A program made the position numbers and the translations under genes. From Bacteroidota bacterium (lineage in GTDB: Bacteria; Bacteroidota; Bacteroidia; Bacteroidales; UBA7960), in the NCBI GenBank assembly GCA_018335675.1, contig JAGXRQ010000095.1, positions 16,046-80,045 on the forward strand: a DNA stretch of 64,000 bases, written 5' to 3'. Of this stretch, positions 46,551 to 56,792 are shown piece after piece. Under the pieces are notes generated by a model. It worked only from the letters and a program-made list of their open reading frames with translations, ran no database searches and was not told the origin of the DNA. Each line of letters begins with the position of its first letter. The first letter of the stretch is position 1.

Positions 46551-47555
46551 TTATTTACTCAACTCATCTTTGCCTTTATCTTTTTTGCTGGCAATAGGTT
46601 TTGATATATTTTCTCTCATGGAAGTATCAGCTTTAATATTTTCCATTCTATAATAATCCATAATACCTAGATTTCCATTTTTTAGTGCTTCTGAAATTGC
46701 TTTTGGAATTTCAGCTTCTGCTTGAATAACATTGGCTCTAGCTTCCTGTGCTTTAGCTTTCATTTCCTGCTCGGCAGCAACAGCCATTGCTCTTCTTTCC
46801 TCAGCCTTAGCCTGCGCAATGTTTTTGTCGGCATTTGCCTGGTCGATTTGCAACATAGCTCCAATGTTTTTACCAACATCAATATCAGCGATATCGATAG
46901 AAAGAATTTCATATGCGGTACCAGAGTCAAGTCCTTTAGATAAAACAACTTTAGAGATACTATCAGGATTTTCAAGTACTTGTTTGTGATTAGTTGCAGA
47001 ACCAATAGACGTAACAATACCTTCACCAACGCGGGCAAGGATAGTTTCTTCACCTGCACCACCAACAAGTTGTTTGATATTTGCTCTTAATGTAACTCTG
47101 GCTTTAGTAATAAGCTGAATACCATCCTTTGCAACAGCAGCTACCGGAGGAGTGTTTATAACTTTAGGCTTTACAGACATTTGCACTGCTTCTAAAACGT
47201 CTCTACCTGCAAGGTCGATAGCAGTAGCTGTTTTAAAATCAAGTGGGATATTGGCTTTATCAGCACTAATCAATGCATTAACAACAGCTTTTACTCTTCC
47301 TCCAGCGAGAAAATGAGCCTCAAGGTCGTTTCTCTGAAGTTTTAATCCGGCTTTGGTAGCAGCAATTAGATTATTAACAATAATTGCAGGCGGAATTTTT
47401 CTCCAACGCATTAATACTAGTTGTAACAGATTAATTCTTACACCTGATAAAAGAGCTGAAAACCACAACCCAAGAGGTATAAAATAAAAAATTATCCAAA
47501 GGCCGATAAGACTCCCTATGGCGATGGCAATAATTACAGCAACATTTGTTTCCAT
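46551..47555 (-). CDS. floA: flotillin-like protein FloA (SPFH domain, YqfA/UPF0365)
   Basis: 334 aa. Long stretches match my memory of B. subtilis YqfA: [59 protein letters not shown] and [17 protein letters not shown]. Confidence 0.88.
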   Translation of the reverse strand: METNVAVIIAIAIGSLIGLWIIFYFIPLGLWFSALLSGVRINLLQLVLMRWRKIPPAIIVNNLIAATKAGLKLQRNDLEAHFLAGGRVKAVVNALISADKANIPLDFKTATAIDLAGRDVLEAVQMSVKPKVINTPPVAAVAKDGIQLITKARVTLRANIKQLVGGAGEETILARVGEGIVTSIGSATNHKQVLENPDSISKVVLSKGLDSGTAYEILSIDIADIDVGKNIGAMLQIDQANADKNIAQAKAEERRAMAVAAEQEMKAKAQEARANVIQAEAEIPKAISEALKNGNLGIMDYYRMENIKADTSMRENISKPIASKKDKGKDELSK

Positions 47556-47558
47556 GAT

Positions 47559-48029
47559 TTATTTAGTTTTTTGTTTAACAATAATTTTATTCCCTTCAAC
47601 TTTCAAAACAACAATGTCTTGATTTTCATCAATTAAATTATCCTTTGATACAACTTCATAAAATTCATCATTTATAATAGCTTTACCAACCGGATTTAAA
47701 CGAGTAACAGTTTTACCTTCATCTCCAACTTTTATCTTATCATTATCAATAATATTCACTTTTCCGTCAATCTCTGTATTCAGCATCATTTTTTTCCAAG
47801 TCCCTGCTTTAATTGATATTGCTATAGCAGCAGCTGATAAGGCTACTGTTGATAAAAGCGTTATTGTACCTATTTGGTTGCCAAATTCAGAATAAGACAA
47901 ATAAATACCAACTGCCATCATACCGGCTCCAATAAACCCAACAACGGTAGTTCCAGGCACAACCAATACTTCCAAAAGTATGAAGATTATACCTGCAACA
48001 ATAAGGCTAATAACAACAACCCACATCAT
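47559..48029 (-). CDS. nfeD: NfeD-family membrane protein (partner of FloA)
   Basis: 156 aa with three N-terminal TM helices and a C-terminal OB-like soluble domain. It lies 3 nt upstream of floA. Confidence 0.8.
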   Translation of the reverse strand: MMWVVVISLIVAGIIFILLEVLVVPGTTVVGFIGAGMMAVGIYLSYSEFGNQIGTITLLSTVALSAAAIAISIKAGTWKKMMLNTEIDGKVNIIDNDKIKVGDEGKTVTRLNPVGKAIINDEFYEVVSKDNLIDENQDIVVLKVEGNKIIVKQKTK

Positions 48030-48128
48030 AAATTGAAACAGTTAATATTAATAACTAAAACTCCAACAACAAATGTAAAAAAAATAAGTTGGTTTTGGAT
48101 GTTTAAAGAAAATAAATTATGGGTAAAA

Positions 48129-48773
48129 CTATTTGTTTTGATTTTTTTTCCCAAAGTGAAGTTTATTCTCTTCTCCTTTAAGAAGCCTGTATATATTTTT
48201 CCTGTGAGTTAGCGGAACAAAAACAGCTACAACCACTGAAAATATCATTTCTGCAAGTACAGCTTCTTTATCAAAGAAGATAATTATAATAGGAAAAGTA
48301 ATAGAAGCTATAATTGAGCCTAGAGAAACTATTCTTGTAATTAAAAATATCAACGCAAAAACACCGAGTGAAATCAAAACTGTTCCGGGAAATAATGCAA
48401 TTACAATTCCAGCAAGTGTAGCAATTCCCTTACCTCCTCTAAACCCTGCGAATATTGGAAATATATGCCCTAACAAAGCCATTACACCAAGCAATAGCTT
48501 AAACATGACATATGTATTTTCACCGGGAAATATTTCCGGAAAAATCAATACTAAATTCACAGCTGCTATACCTTTAAAGGCATCAATTATCAAAACAATA
48601 ATCCCTGTTTTCAAGCCAAGCACTCTAATAGCATTAGTTGAACCTGCGTTTTTACTTCCATGATCTCTTACATCTATATTATGAAAAGATTTGCCAATCC
48701 ATACAGCAGTTGGGATTGACCCAAGAAGATAACCCCCAATAAGCATTGCGGCAAGAATTAAAGAATACTCCAT
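48129..48773 (-). CDS. plsY: glycerol-3-phosphate acyltransferase PlsY
   Basis: 214 aa and polytopic, with GSKNAGSTNAIRVLG and FRGGKG motifs. Confidence 0.9.
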   Translation of the reverse strand: MEYSLILAAMLIGGYLLGSIPTAVWIGKSFHNIDVRDHGSKNAGSTNAIRVLGLKTGIIVLIIDAFKGIAAVNLVLIFPEIFPGENTYVMFKLLLGVMALLGHIFPIFAGFRGGKGIATLAGIVIALFPGTVLISLGVFALIFLITRIVSLGSIIASITFPIIIIFFDKEAVLAEMIFSVVVAVFVPLTHRKNIYRLLKGEENKLHFGKKNQNK

Positions 48774-48855
48774 AATAAACTTTTGAAATTAGTTTTTACA
48801 TATGAATTTTTACGAAGGCGCAAATATAAACATATAAACAATATACGCAATTGCG

Positions 48856-51800
48856 CTAATCATTAATTCTTTGAATCATCCTAACAAAATCAAACGGACG
48901 TCTCTCGGTTGATAAAAGGAAGGCAAAAGGAGTTTCTCCACTAGGCACATCCATCCTCCTCTTTTTTGGATCTAAGTCGCTAATAAACTTGTTAAATTGA
49001 GGATTAGCCCCAATTATTTGCATAATACTATTTGAGTATGAGAAATAAAAGTATTCGGCTCCTAAAAGCTGATCTAGAGGTTGAAGGTTGGGCTTATCCT
49101 GAGATATATTCGATTCGGCTTCAGCAACTTCCTCTGTAATTTCAGGCATCTCATCTGTATTAGATTTTTTATCATTTTCATCACTATCAGCCACATCAGG
49201 AGTTTCAACATATAATGAATCTTGCTCTGCTAAACCATTCTCATCAATTTCTATTACATCTTCTTCTGATATTTCAAGTGGTTTACCTCCATGGGTAACA
49301 GGTTCAAGAATAAAAGAAATAATATCCCCTCCCCTTTGTTTTCGGATATGGAAATAACCATTAACATATTTATTCAATGGAATTTTATTAATATTTCCTA
49401 CACCTATGGCTCCCTTCGACACAAAACTTGTTGTTCTTTGATTCCAGGATAATTTTAAATCGGCCAAGTAAACTGTGTGAGTCAGTTCAGGGGGTACTCT
49501 ACGAATTACTCCACTCTGAATGATCTCTTCTCTTAAAACTGCTGCCTGAATTTCTCCGGTTTTTATCCTATATGCTTTAAGATATTTTTGCCTGTTAAGG
49601 TTTATCCTGCTTAATTTCTGTTCTTTTTCAATTACTCCGGCAATAAAATCCATTCCGCTATCAATAAAGTAGAAATCAATACCCAATACAATATCATAGT
49701 CTGTTTTAAACTCTTTTATATTATGGGTAACTGTGCCATATGATTTTGTTTTTAATTGCCCAAAATCACTACCAATATCAACAACTCCTTCTCCCTCTAA
49801 AAGACAAGTTTGAGGATTAAGCCTTATAAAATTATCCGGCATATTTCGATTTCTAAGCCTTTCCAAAGAACTTAATTGATATTCTTTGCTTAAATCATCC
49901 CAAGTAAGATAGCCTGTTGCAGAAACGATTTCCTTATCAAGGTAATGTCTTCTTCTATCGAAAAACGCTGGATAAATATGAAATGAATCACCTGCCAAAA
50001 TTAGAGCACTTTTCAAATCAACATTCATATCACTTTTCAAATTCTCTGTAACAGGTATCAAAACATTATCTGGATTTATAACATTATCGAATTTAAACCA
50101 GTTGGTTACCATTGGAGTGCAATTCACAAATATTTTCGTAGAGCCAATAAATCTCATATGCTTTTCTGATGCTGTAAGTTCAACATCGCCTTTATATGCG
50201 AATCTTGGACTTAAAGTAAAATCCTGATCTTCTAGTATTTTACCTTTTGCAAAAGTTGTATTCGACCCCGGTATTACGTCTATTTCATCAAAGTAAATTT
50301 GTTGCTTTTCTGCAGTTATATCAACATAATCATACTTACCCGAACCCCTGTATTTATTTCTGGAAATTATATCTGCAGTAACATTATAAAAGTAATGATA
50401 TCTGTCTTTTGTGTTTGCAACAATCCGTGCATCTTCTAGCTTTTTTATCTCAGCTCTGAGCAATACCGAAACCAGTCCATCTTTAGGGAAAATAGCAGCA
50501 TCTGCAACTTTAACAACATTTACCTCACTCGCATTAATCACATTTTCAGCAACTGTAAAATCAATTTTGCCTGCAAAGAATCTCAATGAATCCTGAGCTC
50601 TATGTGTAGAAATCAGTTCTTTTCCTCTAAAATCGAGGTCAATAATCTGGTCTGTACTCATATTTGCAATTTCTTCAGGATCAGGAGCCACAACACTAGT
50701 TAAACTGAGCGATTGTTTTTTCATATCCCAATCGAAATTATAACCATACCCGTCGAATCGATTTTCAGGGAAGGATATTTTACCTCCTGTTTCATTTTCA
50801 TCCAATACACCTGTAAAGACTTCTAAGTTAAAATGTCCGCTATAATTAAATGCATTAAATGCAACTCGCTTGCCGTCTGCAGTATATATTTTGAAATCTG
50901 CATTGGGGCTGTCGAATGTTTTTGCTTTAAAGGCCATATAATCTGCTGAAAGTTCAGACCCAAACAAATCCATTTTCCCGCTTCCGGTAAGTCCAACAGG
51001 AGTAATAGACAGTTTACCTCTCAATTGCGTCATCCCGGCATAAAGTTCAATTGGCTCTTTTGTCTCTGAAATGGCAAGTTCATCTTGATACGGTAAAAAC
51101 AACATTTTTACATCTTTTGCAGACACATCAGGGTATTCAACAGGCTCAAGTTGTTCAGCCAGAGCAAATGTTTTCAAATCGGCTCGGGCAGAATCCAAAA
51201 ACATTATCATTTTGTTTGCCTGCATGGTTGCATTAAGATATTCCATTTTCCCATTGGCCATAAGTCCTTCATAACTCATATCGATAGGGCCGTAATAATG
51301 TGCTTTTCCATTATAAATAGGATAACCCTCTTCCGGGGTCTTAGAATTGAAACCTAAAGAATAATCTCGCTGAACTTTCAAATAATCTCTAAAATCAGGA
51401 AAAATTCCCGTTGATATAAACACCCCATCAAATGCAATATTATCTGTTGTTGCATGGTCGAGGCTATCAACAGTAAACGGTACCAGTTTAAAGTAAACAT
51501 CCGCCCTACGATATGTTCCACTATGTACAAATTCTTTGTCGTAGTAAACAAAAGATTCATTATTGCTATTAAAAATTGGATACCTTGGAATAGGCAGCCT
51601 ACCGGATTTATTTTTGGGATTATCTATAAGTAATTCTCCATTTATTCCTTCCAATACAGTTCTAACCCTTACATAAGAATGAATTCCCCGTGAATCGGGC
51701 TGGAAAGACTTAACCCTAAAACTTAAAGAGTCGGTGTTGATTAGATCTATTTTAAATGCTTCATAATTAAAAAAGAATTCTTTGCCGAAGAAATCGAATA

Positions 51801-53562
51801 GGCCGGATTCTATCCTTCCATTAAAATACATATTGCGATTCTTTTGCATAACAACTGTACTTCCAAATGGATGCAGAACAACGTTTTTTGATGAACTTAA
51901 AGGGATGCGCGATATCCCTTGAATATGCAAATCGAAGTTTAATAGATTTATTCTGGCGTTGACCAAAGCCTCCGATTCTATTCTTATTACATCGAAATCG
52001 GACCTCCCTGTTGCTGCACCAAGATAGTGATAAAGCTTATCATTTATTGTAATCATATCATAATCAAGATCATAAACCAAAAATCCATGATGCGACATAT
52101 CCAACAACATAGCCTTAGTGGAAGGAACATTTGATCTTATATATCGCGAAAAATCTTCAACATGAAATGTTTGAGTGTTTTTGTCGCGGGCATAATTTCT
52201 CAAATGAAACAAAGGATTCATATCTGCAATACCTTGCATGCGCATAAAAAGCATATCGCTGAAGAAATTATGAGATTCAAAAACCGCTCTTTTAGGACCC
52301 GAAAAACCCCTAACAGCCTGAAATAATATTTCTTTTGAACCCTTATACCAATATAATGCTTCACAATACATATCAATATTGTGATACGTGTTCATAAAAG
52401 GAGCCCTGGAAATACCCTTTTCATCGCGCAGCAAATAAAACTCTTTTCTTTCGTGCAGATATCTCATCTGAATATTTGGATGATAGATAGAATCCCCTGA
52501 ATAATAAATACTTACACTTGATCTGTCTGCACTAATCCTGTCGTCTCTAATACTGAATGCTTTAGCTCCCACAGTTATAAATAGAGAATCATTCTCGAAA
52601 AAATGAATGTAAGCATTACCATCGGCAGTTCCTGAGCCCAAAACTCTTTGTCCCTCCATTGTGAAGCCACCCACATAATTTACTTCCGGAAAAATATTCC
52701 TAATCTCATGCACTACCTGATACGACTGAAACTTTGGATATCTGGCGTTTTCCGGTTTTACATCAGCTACAATTCTTTCTGAAAGTTTTCCATGTAAAGG
52801 AGTATCGAAAAACTTTTTATTATAGAAATGCACAGAATCAGCATCATATCTTGCAAGCTTTAGATTTATATTGTATGATGACAAATTTGCATAAACATTT
52901 TTTCTGTCAAGTTCAACTCTTTCCCAAGTTACCAAGCCCCCTTTGCCTTTCCATGCTTCATCAAAAGGAAAAAGAGAACCTTTAGTATTATGAATTATCA
53001 AGCTATCCCTCTGAGCATAACAATAAAGGTTACCATCTTGAAAATCAACTCTCAAAGTGTCGTTAATGAAATGCAGTATATAATTGTTATTGCTGTATTT
53101 CCACGACAATGTTGGAGAATCAAACACAAGATTGTCTTTAAAGATTTTAAAAGAATATTCCAGATGACGCAGATATCTGCTTTGATTTCTGAGTGTTAGT
53201 AGGGGTTTGATGCTATTGTGCCATTCTTCAAAGTTGTGGCGAGCATGTTTGGTTTTAAGCACTGCCATAACAGTGTTTATGTATAACGGATAATCAATGG
53301 GAGCTCGTAATCGCAAACCCAACATTGCGTCCATTGTATTATAAATCATTTCCTTTTGCTCATCCATAAGGTTACCATACTTCCAAACTTCACCAAATGA
53401 ATCAACAAGAGCATCCAGCTTTACTTTTTCATTTCTTTCAACAGCCGAGAATAGATTTTTTATTTCCTGAAAGAATTGCACATTATCTCGTGTAAAAGTA
53501 TTCTGTGCAACTGACAAAAAAGGCAGAAGAATTAAAACAGTAAATAGAGCTTTTTTAATCAT
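48856..53562 (-). CDS. very large conserved-looking secreted protein of unknown function
   Basis: Uninterrupted 1568-aa ORF with a signal peptide (MIKKALFTVLILLPFLSVAQ) and an acidic stretch near the C-terminus. No motif I can assign. Confidence 0.6.
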   Translation of the reverse strand: MIKKALFTVLILLPFLSVAQNTFTRDNVQFFQEIKNLFSAVERNEKVKLDALVDSFGEVWKYGNLMDEQKEMIYNTMDAMLGLRLRAPIDYPLYINTVMAVLKTKHARHNFEEWHNSIKPLLTLRNQSRYLRHLEYSFKIFKDNLVFDSPTLSWKYSNNNYILHFINDTLRVDFQDGNLYCYAQRDSLIIHNTKGSLFPFDEAWKGKGGLVTWERVELDRKNVYANLSSYNINLKLARYDADSVHFYNKKFFDTPLHGKLSERIVADVKPENARYPKFQSYQVVHEIRNIFPEVNYVGGFTMEGQRVLGSGTADGNAYIHFFENDSLFITVGAKAFSIRDDRISADRSSVSIYYSGDSIYHPNIQMRYLHERKEFYLLRDEKGISRAPFMNTYHNIDMYCEALYWYKGSKEILFQAVRGFSGPKRAVFESHNFFSDMLFMRMQGIADMNPLFHLRNYARDKNTQTFHVEDFSRYIRSNVPSTKAMLLDMSHHGFLVYDLDYDMITINDKLYHYLGAATGRSDFDVIRIESEALVNARINLLNFDLHIQGISRIPLSSSKNVVLHPFGSTVVMQKNRNMYFNGRIESGLFDFFGKEFFFNYEAFKIDLINTDSLSFRVKSFQPDSRGIHSYVRVRTVLEGINGELLIDNPKNKSGRLPIPRYPIFNSNNESFVYYDKEFVHSGTYRRADVYFKLVPFTVDSLDHATTDNIAFDGVFISTGIFPDFRDYLKVQRDYSLGFNSKTPEEGYPIYNGKAHYYGPIDMSYEGLMANGKMEYLNATMQANKMIMFLDSARADLKTFALAEQLEPVEYPDVSAKDVKMLFLPYQDELAISETKEPIELYAGMTQLRGKLSITPVGLTGSGKMDLFGSELSADYMAFKAKTFDSPNADFKIYTADGKRVAFNAFNYSGHFNLEVFTGVLDENETGGKISFPENRFDGYGYNFDWDMKKQSLSLTSVVAPDPEEIANMSTDQIIDLDFRGKELISTHRAQDSLRFFAGKIDFTVAENVINASEVNVVKVADAAIFPKDGLVSVLLRAEIKKLEDARIVANTKDRYHYFYNVTADIISRNKYRGSGKYDYVDITAEKQQIYFDEIDVIPGSNTTFAKGKILEDQDFTLSPRFAYKGDVELTASEKHMRFIGSTKIFVNCTPMVTNWFKFDNVINPDNVLIPVTENLKSDMNVDLKSALILAGDSFHIYPAFFDRRRHYLDKEIVSATGYLTWDDLSKEYQLSSLERLRNRNMPDNFIRLNPQTCLLEGEGVVDIGSDFGQLKTKSYGTVTHNIKEFKTDYDIVLGIDFYFIDSGMDFIAGVIEKEQKLSRINLNRQKYLKAYRIKTGEIQAAVLREEIIQSGVIRRVPPELTHTVYLADLKLSWNQRTTSFVSKGAIGVGNINKIPLNKYVNGYFHIRKQRGGDIISFILEPVTHGGKPLEISEEDVIEIDENGLAEQDSLYVETPDVADSDENDKKSNTDEMPEITEEVAEAESNISQDKPNLQPLDQLLGAEYFYFSYSNSIMQIIGANPQFNKFISDLDPKKRRMDVPSGETPFAFLLSTERRPFDFVRMIQRIND

Positions 53563-53574
53563 AATTTACAATCA

Positions 53575-54408
53575 CTATTTCTTTTTAAAACAAAGCGAAA
53601 TCCACTCTTTTTCAAGTTTTTCTCCAACATGTTCAAGGCCCAAAGAAGTCGCCTTATCTTCAATTAAACTTTTATCAATACTAAAAAACCCGCTAAATAA
53701 GATTAAGCCACTCTGATTAAGAACCTTGCTGTAACTTTCCATATCTTCCAGCAATACATTTCGAGTAATATTTGCAATTATAATATCAAACTTTTGCTTT
53801 CCCAAAGCAGTAGCATCTCCAAGTATAACTTCAATGTTTTTGCAGTTATTTCTTTCAACGTTTTCAATAGTATTTTCGTAGGCATAAATATAATTATCAA
53901 TAGCAGTAAGTGTTTTAGCCCCTCTTTTTTCGGCTAGAATTGCCAAAACTCCGGTACCGCAACCCATATCCAAAACAGTTTTATCTTTAAAGTCAATCTC
54001 AAGCAACCATTTTACCATAAGAGAAGTAGTTTCGTGATGCCCGGGTCCGAACGACATTTTAGGCTCTATTATCAACTCATAAGTAATCCCTTTCTTTTCT
54101 TCATGAAAAGGCGCCCTGATATAACAATCTTCTATATGAACAGGTTCGAAGTTGCTTTCCCAAACCTGATTCCAATTAGTATCATCTATTTTTTTAACAT
54201 TATATGATATATCAACTTTGGGGTTGTCTGAAAACTGTGATGCCTCTTTAATTGCGTCTTCACTAAAGAGTTTGCCTTCAATATAGCCCTTAAAACCATT
54301 CTCAGTTTCTTCGAAACTATCAAACCCAATATCAGCAAGTTGTGCAATTAAAATATCTGCCCAAGGGTCTTTGGGTGCGACAATATATGTAACTTCAACG
54401 TAATCCAT
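53575..54408 (-). CDS. prmA: ribosomal protein L11 methyltransferase
   Basis: 277 aa. SAM-binding VLDMGCGTGVLAI and the PrmA N-terminal domain are present. Confidence 0.9.
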   Translation of the reverse strand: MDYVEVTYIVAPKDPWADILIAQLADIGFDSFEETENGFKGYIEGKLFSEDAIKEASQFSDNPKVDISYNVKKIDDTNWNQVWESNFEPVHIEDCYIRAPFHEEKKGITYELIIEPKMSFGPGHHETTSLMVKWLLEIDFKDKTVLDMGCGTGVLAILAEKRGAKTLTAIDNYIYAYENTIENVERNNCKNIEVILGDATALGKQKFDIIIANITRNVLLEDMESYSKVLNQSGLILFSGFFSIDKSLIEDKATSLGLEHVGEKLEKEWISLCFKKK

Positions 54409-54430
54409 GATTTAATACAATTTATTTTTG

Positions 54431-54680
54431 TTTCGTTCCTACGGAACTAATTTAATTAAATTTCTTCATTTGCTATAAACATTTCATCCCTACGGGATTA
54501 ACAAATTAAAAATTCGTACGTCTTATCTCCGTTAGCAGTGAAATCATATTTATCTATTAAAACTTCGCCTTTATGAATTACCACATTAATAATCTGTATG
54601 TTTTAACTCCGTTAGGAGTGAAATGTCTATAAAAAAATGGTATCCCAGTTTATTTAAAATCCCGGAGGGATGAAACCAAT
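54431..54680. repeat. cluster of five short hairpin units (YYCC-loop-GGRR adjoining TGAAAY), in both orientations
   Basis: The five units are gttcc-tac-ggaac (54435), atttcatccc-tac-gggat (54481), ctcc-gtta-gcag-tgaaat (54527), ctcc-gtta-ggag-tgaaat (54607) and tccc-gga-ggga-tgaaac (54660). Confidence 0.75.
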
Positions 54681-54724
54681 AAATATCATTCCTCAGCAGA
54701 TTTGATTCACCAAACAAAATCAAT

Positions 54725-55498
54725 CTAAAAAGAACAAATTATTTGGAAAAAATCAGAAGATTTAAGAGAAGCACCACCAATTAGTCCTCCATCCACATCA
54801 GTTTGTTTGAATAATTCCTTGGCATTCTGCGCATTACAACTTCCACCGTATAGAATTGAAATACTATTTGCTATTTCCATTCCATATTTTTCATTAATTA
54901 GATTGCGAATAAACTCATGCATTTCCTGAGCCTGTTGCGGAGACGCTGTTTCTCCTGTGCCTATTGCCCACACGGGTTCGTATGCAATTACAACCTTTTT
55001 AAAATCAGCCTCATCCATCCAGAATAAACTCTTAACAATCTGTTGTTTAACAACGTTAAAATGTTGTTCAGATTTTCTTTCCGGCAAAAGTTCACCACAG
55101 CAAAAAACAGGTATCAAGCTATTATCAATGGCCTGCGACACTTTTGCGGCTAATGCTTGGTCATCTTCTTTAAAATACTGCCTTCTTTCAGAATGACCAA
55201 CAAGAACGTGAGTAGCCCCAATAGACTTAAGCATAGTTGCTGAAACTTCACCTGTATATGCGCCTTTATCAGTTGAATAGCAATTTTGAGCTCCAACGTA
55301 CACTCCCTTTACCTTTTTCGCAATTTTTACAATTTCTGTAAGATGAGTGAATGGCGGAAAAAATATCACCTCAGGGTTGCCACTAATTGCACTTAATGGT
55401 TTATTGATAATCAGCTCGCAAATTGATGTTGCCAGCGCCTTGCCTTCTTCCAAAGTGGTGTTCATTTTCCAGTTTCCTGCTACAATATTCTTTTTCAT
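54725..55498 (-). CDS. tpiA: triose-phosphate isomerase
   Basis: 257 aa with AGNWKMN, VGHSERR, AYEPVWAIGTG and GGASL motifs. Confidence 0.95.
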   Translation of the reverse strand: MKKNIVAGNWKMNTTLEEGKALATSICELIINKPLSAISGNPEVIFFPPFTHLTEIVKIAKKVKGVYVGAQNCYSTDKGAYTGEVSATMLKSIGATHVLVGHSERRQYFKEDDQALAAKVSQAIDNSLIPVFCCGELLPERKSEQHFNVVKQQIVKSLFWMDEADFKKVVIAYEPVWAIGTGETASPQQAQEMHEFIRNLINEKYGMEIANSISILYGGSCNAQNAKELFKQTDVDGGLIGGASLKSSDFFQIICSF

Positions 55499-55560
55499 GA
55501 TGTGTATATTTTATCGTTTTTTATAATGCGATTTCGTTTTGTAAAATTATCGTTTTAATT

Positions 55561-55613
55561 TTAAGATTTGTAAGATTCTTAAGATTTGTAAGATGTAAGA
55601 TTTGTAAGATGTA
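55561..55613. repeat. 9/7-mer tandem array TAAGATTTG / TAAGATG
   Basis: taagatttg taagattct taagatttg taagatg taagatttg taagatg taa. Confidence 0.9.
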
Positions 55614-55616
55614 ACC

Positions 55617-55700
55617 CGAAGCTGGAAGTCCCTATCGGGAGCTTCCAGTTCTAGCGTGAGGAACTTCCAGCTTCCGCGACAGCGGAACTGGAAGCTTCCG
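55617..55700. repeat. two adjacent long hairpins built from CTGGAAG/CTTCCAG units
   Basis: gaagctggaagtccc-tatc-gggagcttccagttc and ggaacttccagcttccgc-gaca-gcggaactggaagcttcc. Confidence 0.7.
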
Positions 55701-55707
55701 GGGGTAT

Positions 55708-55736
55708 TATTTAATCCCTAAAACTCGCCTTTTTTT
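55708..55736 (+). repeat. left copy of the 29-bp direct repeat bracketing the CRISPR-Cas locus
   Basis: atttaatccCtaaaactcgcctttttttt. It is 28/29 identical to 62476-62504 in the same orientation. Confidence 0.85.
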
Positions 55737-55767
55737 TCTTCAATCTTACAAATCTTGCAAATCAAAG

Positions 55768-56792
55768 AGTAGTGTATTATTCCATTTTTAAATCAAACCA
55801 CAACACTACTCCTGCTTTTGTAGTGTTTTTACTAGTTGTTAATTATTCCATTTTTAAATCAAACCACAACATGTTTATTTAGAAAGAGCCGCAAATGGTG
55901 GTTGTTAATTATTCCATTTTTAAATCAAACCACAACACGTCACAGGCTATTGCATCATCCACCGCAGTTGTTAATTATTCCATTTTTAAATCAAACCACA
56001 ACCTACCCATAATTACAAATGCCACCAATAGGTTGTTAATTATTCCATTTTTAAATCAAACCACAACCAGCTTAAACAACCTGCCGTTGATAAACATGTT
56101 GTTAATTATTCCATTTTTAAATCAAACCACAACTTCCGCGTATTCTACGTAATTGCTGTCAATGTTGTTAATTATTCCATTTTTAAATCAAACCACAACA
56201 AAAGACAGTGATAGCTTTTCATTTAAAAAGTTGTTAATTATTCCATTTTTAAATCAAACCACAACCTGACCCACGAATAAAGGAACTTGAAGAAAGTTGT
56301 TAATTATTCCATTTTTAAATCAAACCACAACTGCTTCAATGATAAGGCACTCCGAATCATTGTTGTTAATTATTCCATTTTTAAATCAAACCACAACCAT
56401 CTGCGCTGCGCTGTTTTGATTAATCCAGTTGTTAATTATTCCATTTTTAAATCAAACCACAACATTGCTAGCCGCCGGACAATATACAGAATGGTTGTTA
56501 ATTATTCCATTTTTAAATCAAACCACAACGTAGCGACGCGCAATTATTGGAAGAAATTGGTTGTTAATTATTCCATTTTTAAATCAAACCACAACAAAAA
56601 ACATGCACAACCCCTTGATTGAGTAGTTGTTAATTATTCCATTTTTAAATCAAACCACAACCCCCCGCCTTACTTGTTTCCTTATATACGCGTTGTTAAT
56701 TATTCCATTTTTAAATCAAACCACAACATTGATTTTACAATCAAAATAAGCTATTATGTTGTTAATTATTCCATTTTTAAATCAAACCACAA
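55768..56792 (-). CRISPR. CRISPR array, 16 repeats of 36 bp and 15 spacers (14 x 30 bp, 1 x 29 bp)
   Basis: Plus-strand repeat is GTTGTTAATTATTCCATTTTTAAATCAAACCACAAC. Repeat starts: 55768 (degenerate, 3 mismatches), 55834, 55900, 55966, 56031, 56097, 56163, 56229, 56295, 56361, 56427, 56493, 56559, 56625, 56691, 56757. Minus-strand transcription is inferred from tracrRNA complementarity and from the degenerate repeat lying at the cas-distal end. Confidence 0.97.

Noticed and set aside
46722-47068. Three overlapping track ORFs (two plus-strand, one minus-strand alternative frame) inside floA
   Set aside because: floA is confidently identified in another frame. These are frame-shadow ORFs in a region biased by Ala/Glu/Lys codons. 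The same reasoning applies to the many 60-100-aa antisense ORFs inside the ABC transporter, DUF5606, pyrD, the T9SS giants, cas9 and the 1568-aa gene.
47874-48212. 112-aa plus-strand ORF spanning the nfeD start, the intergenic gap and the plsY end
   Set aside because: It is antisense to two well-supported genes, has a basic low-complexity translation, and shows no start context.
55895-56622. Track ORFs 55895..56152 and 56287..56622 (85 and 111 aa) with the recurring peptide VVNYSIFKSNHN
   Set aside because: They are translations straight through the CRISPR array. The recurring peptide is the 36-bp repeat read in frame, so they are not genes.
55768-56792. Repeat-internal promoters, as in Neisseria-type II-C arrays
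   Set aside because: Neither strand of the 36-bp repeat contains a TAnnTTTG element with a suitably spaced TTG. The TTTAAAAAT stretch resembles a sigma-70 -10 box only weakly, and Bacteroidota SigA does not use that consensus. The sequence alone cannot support the claim.
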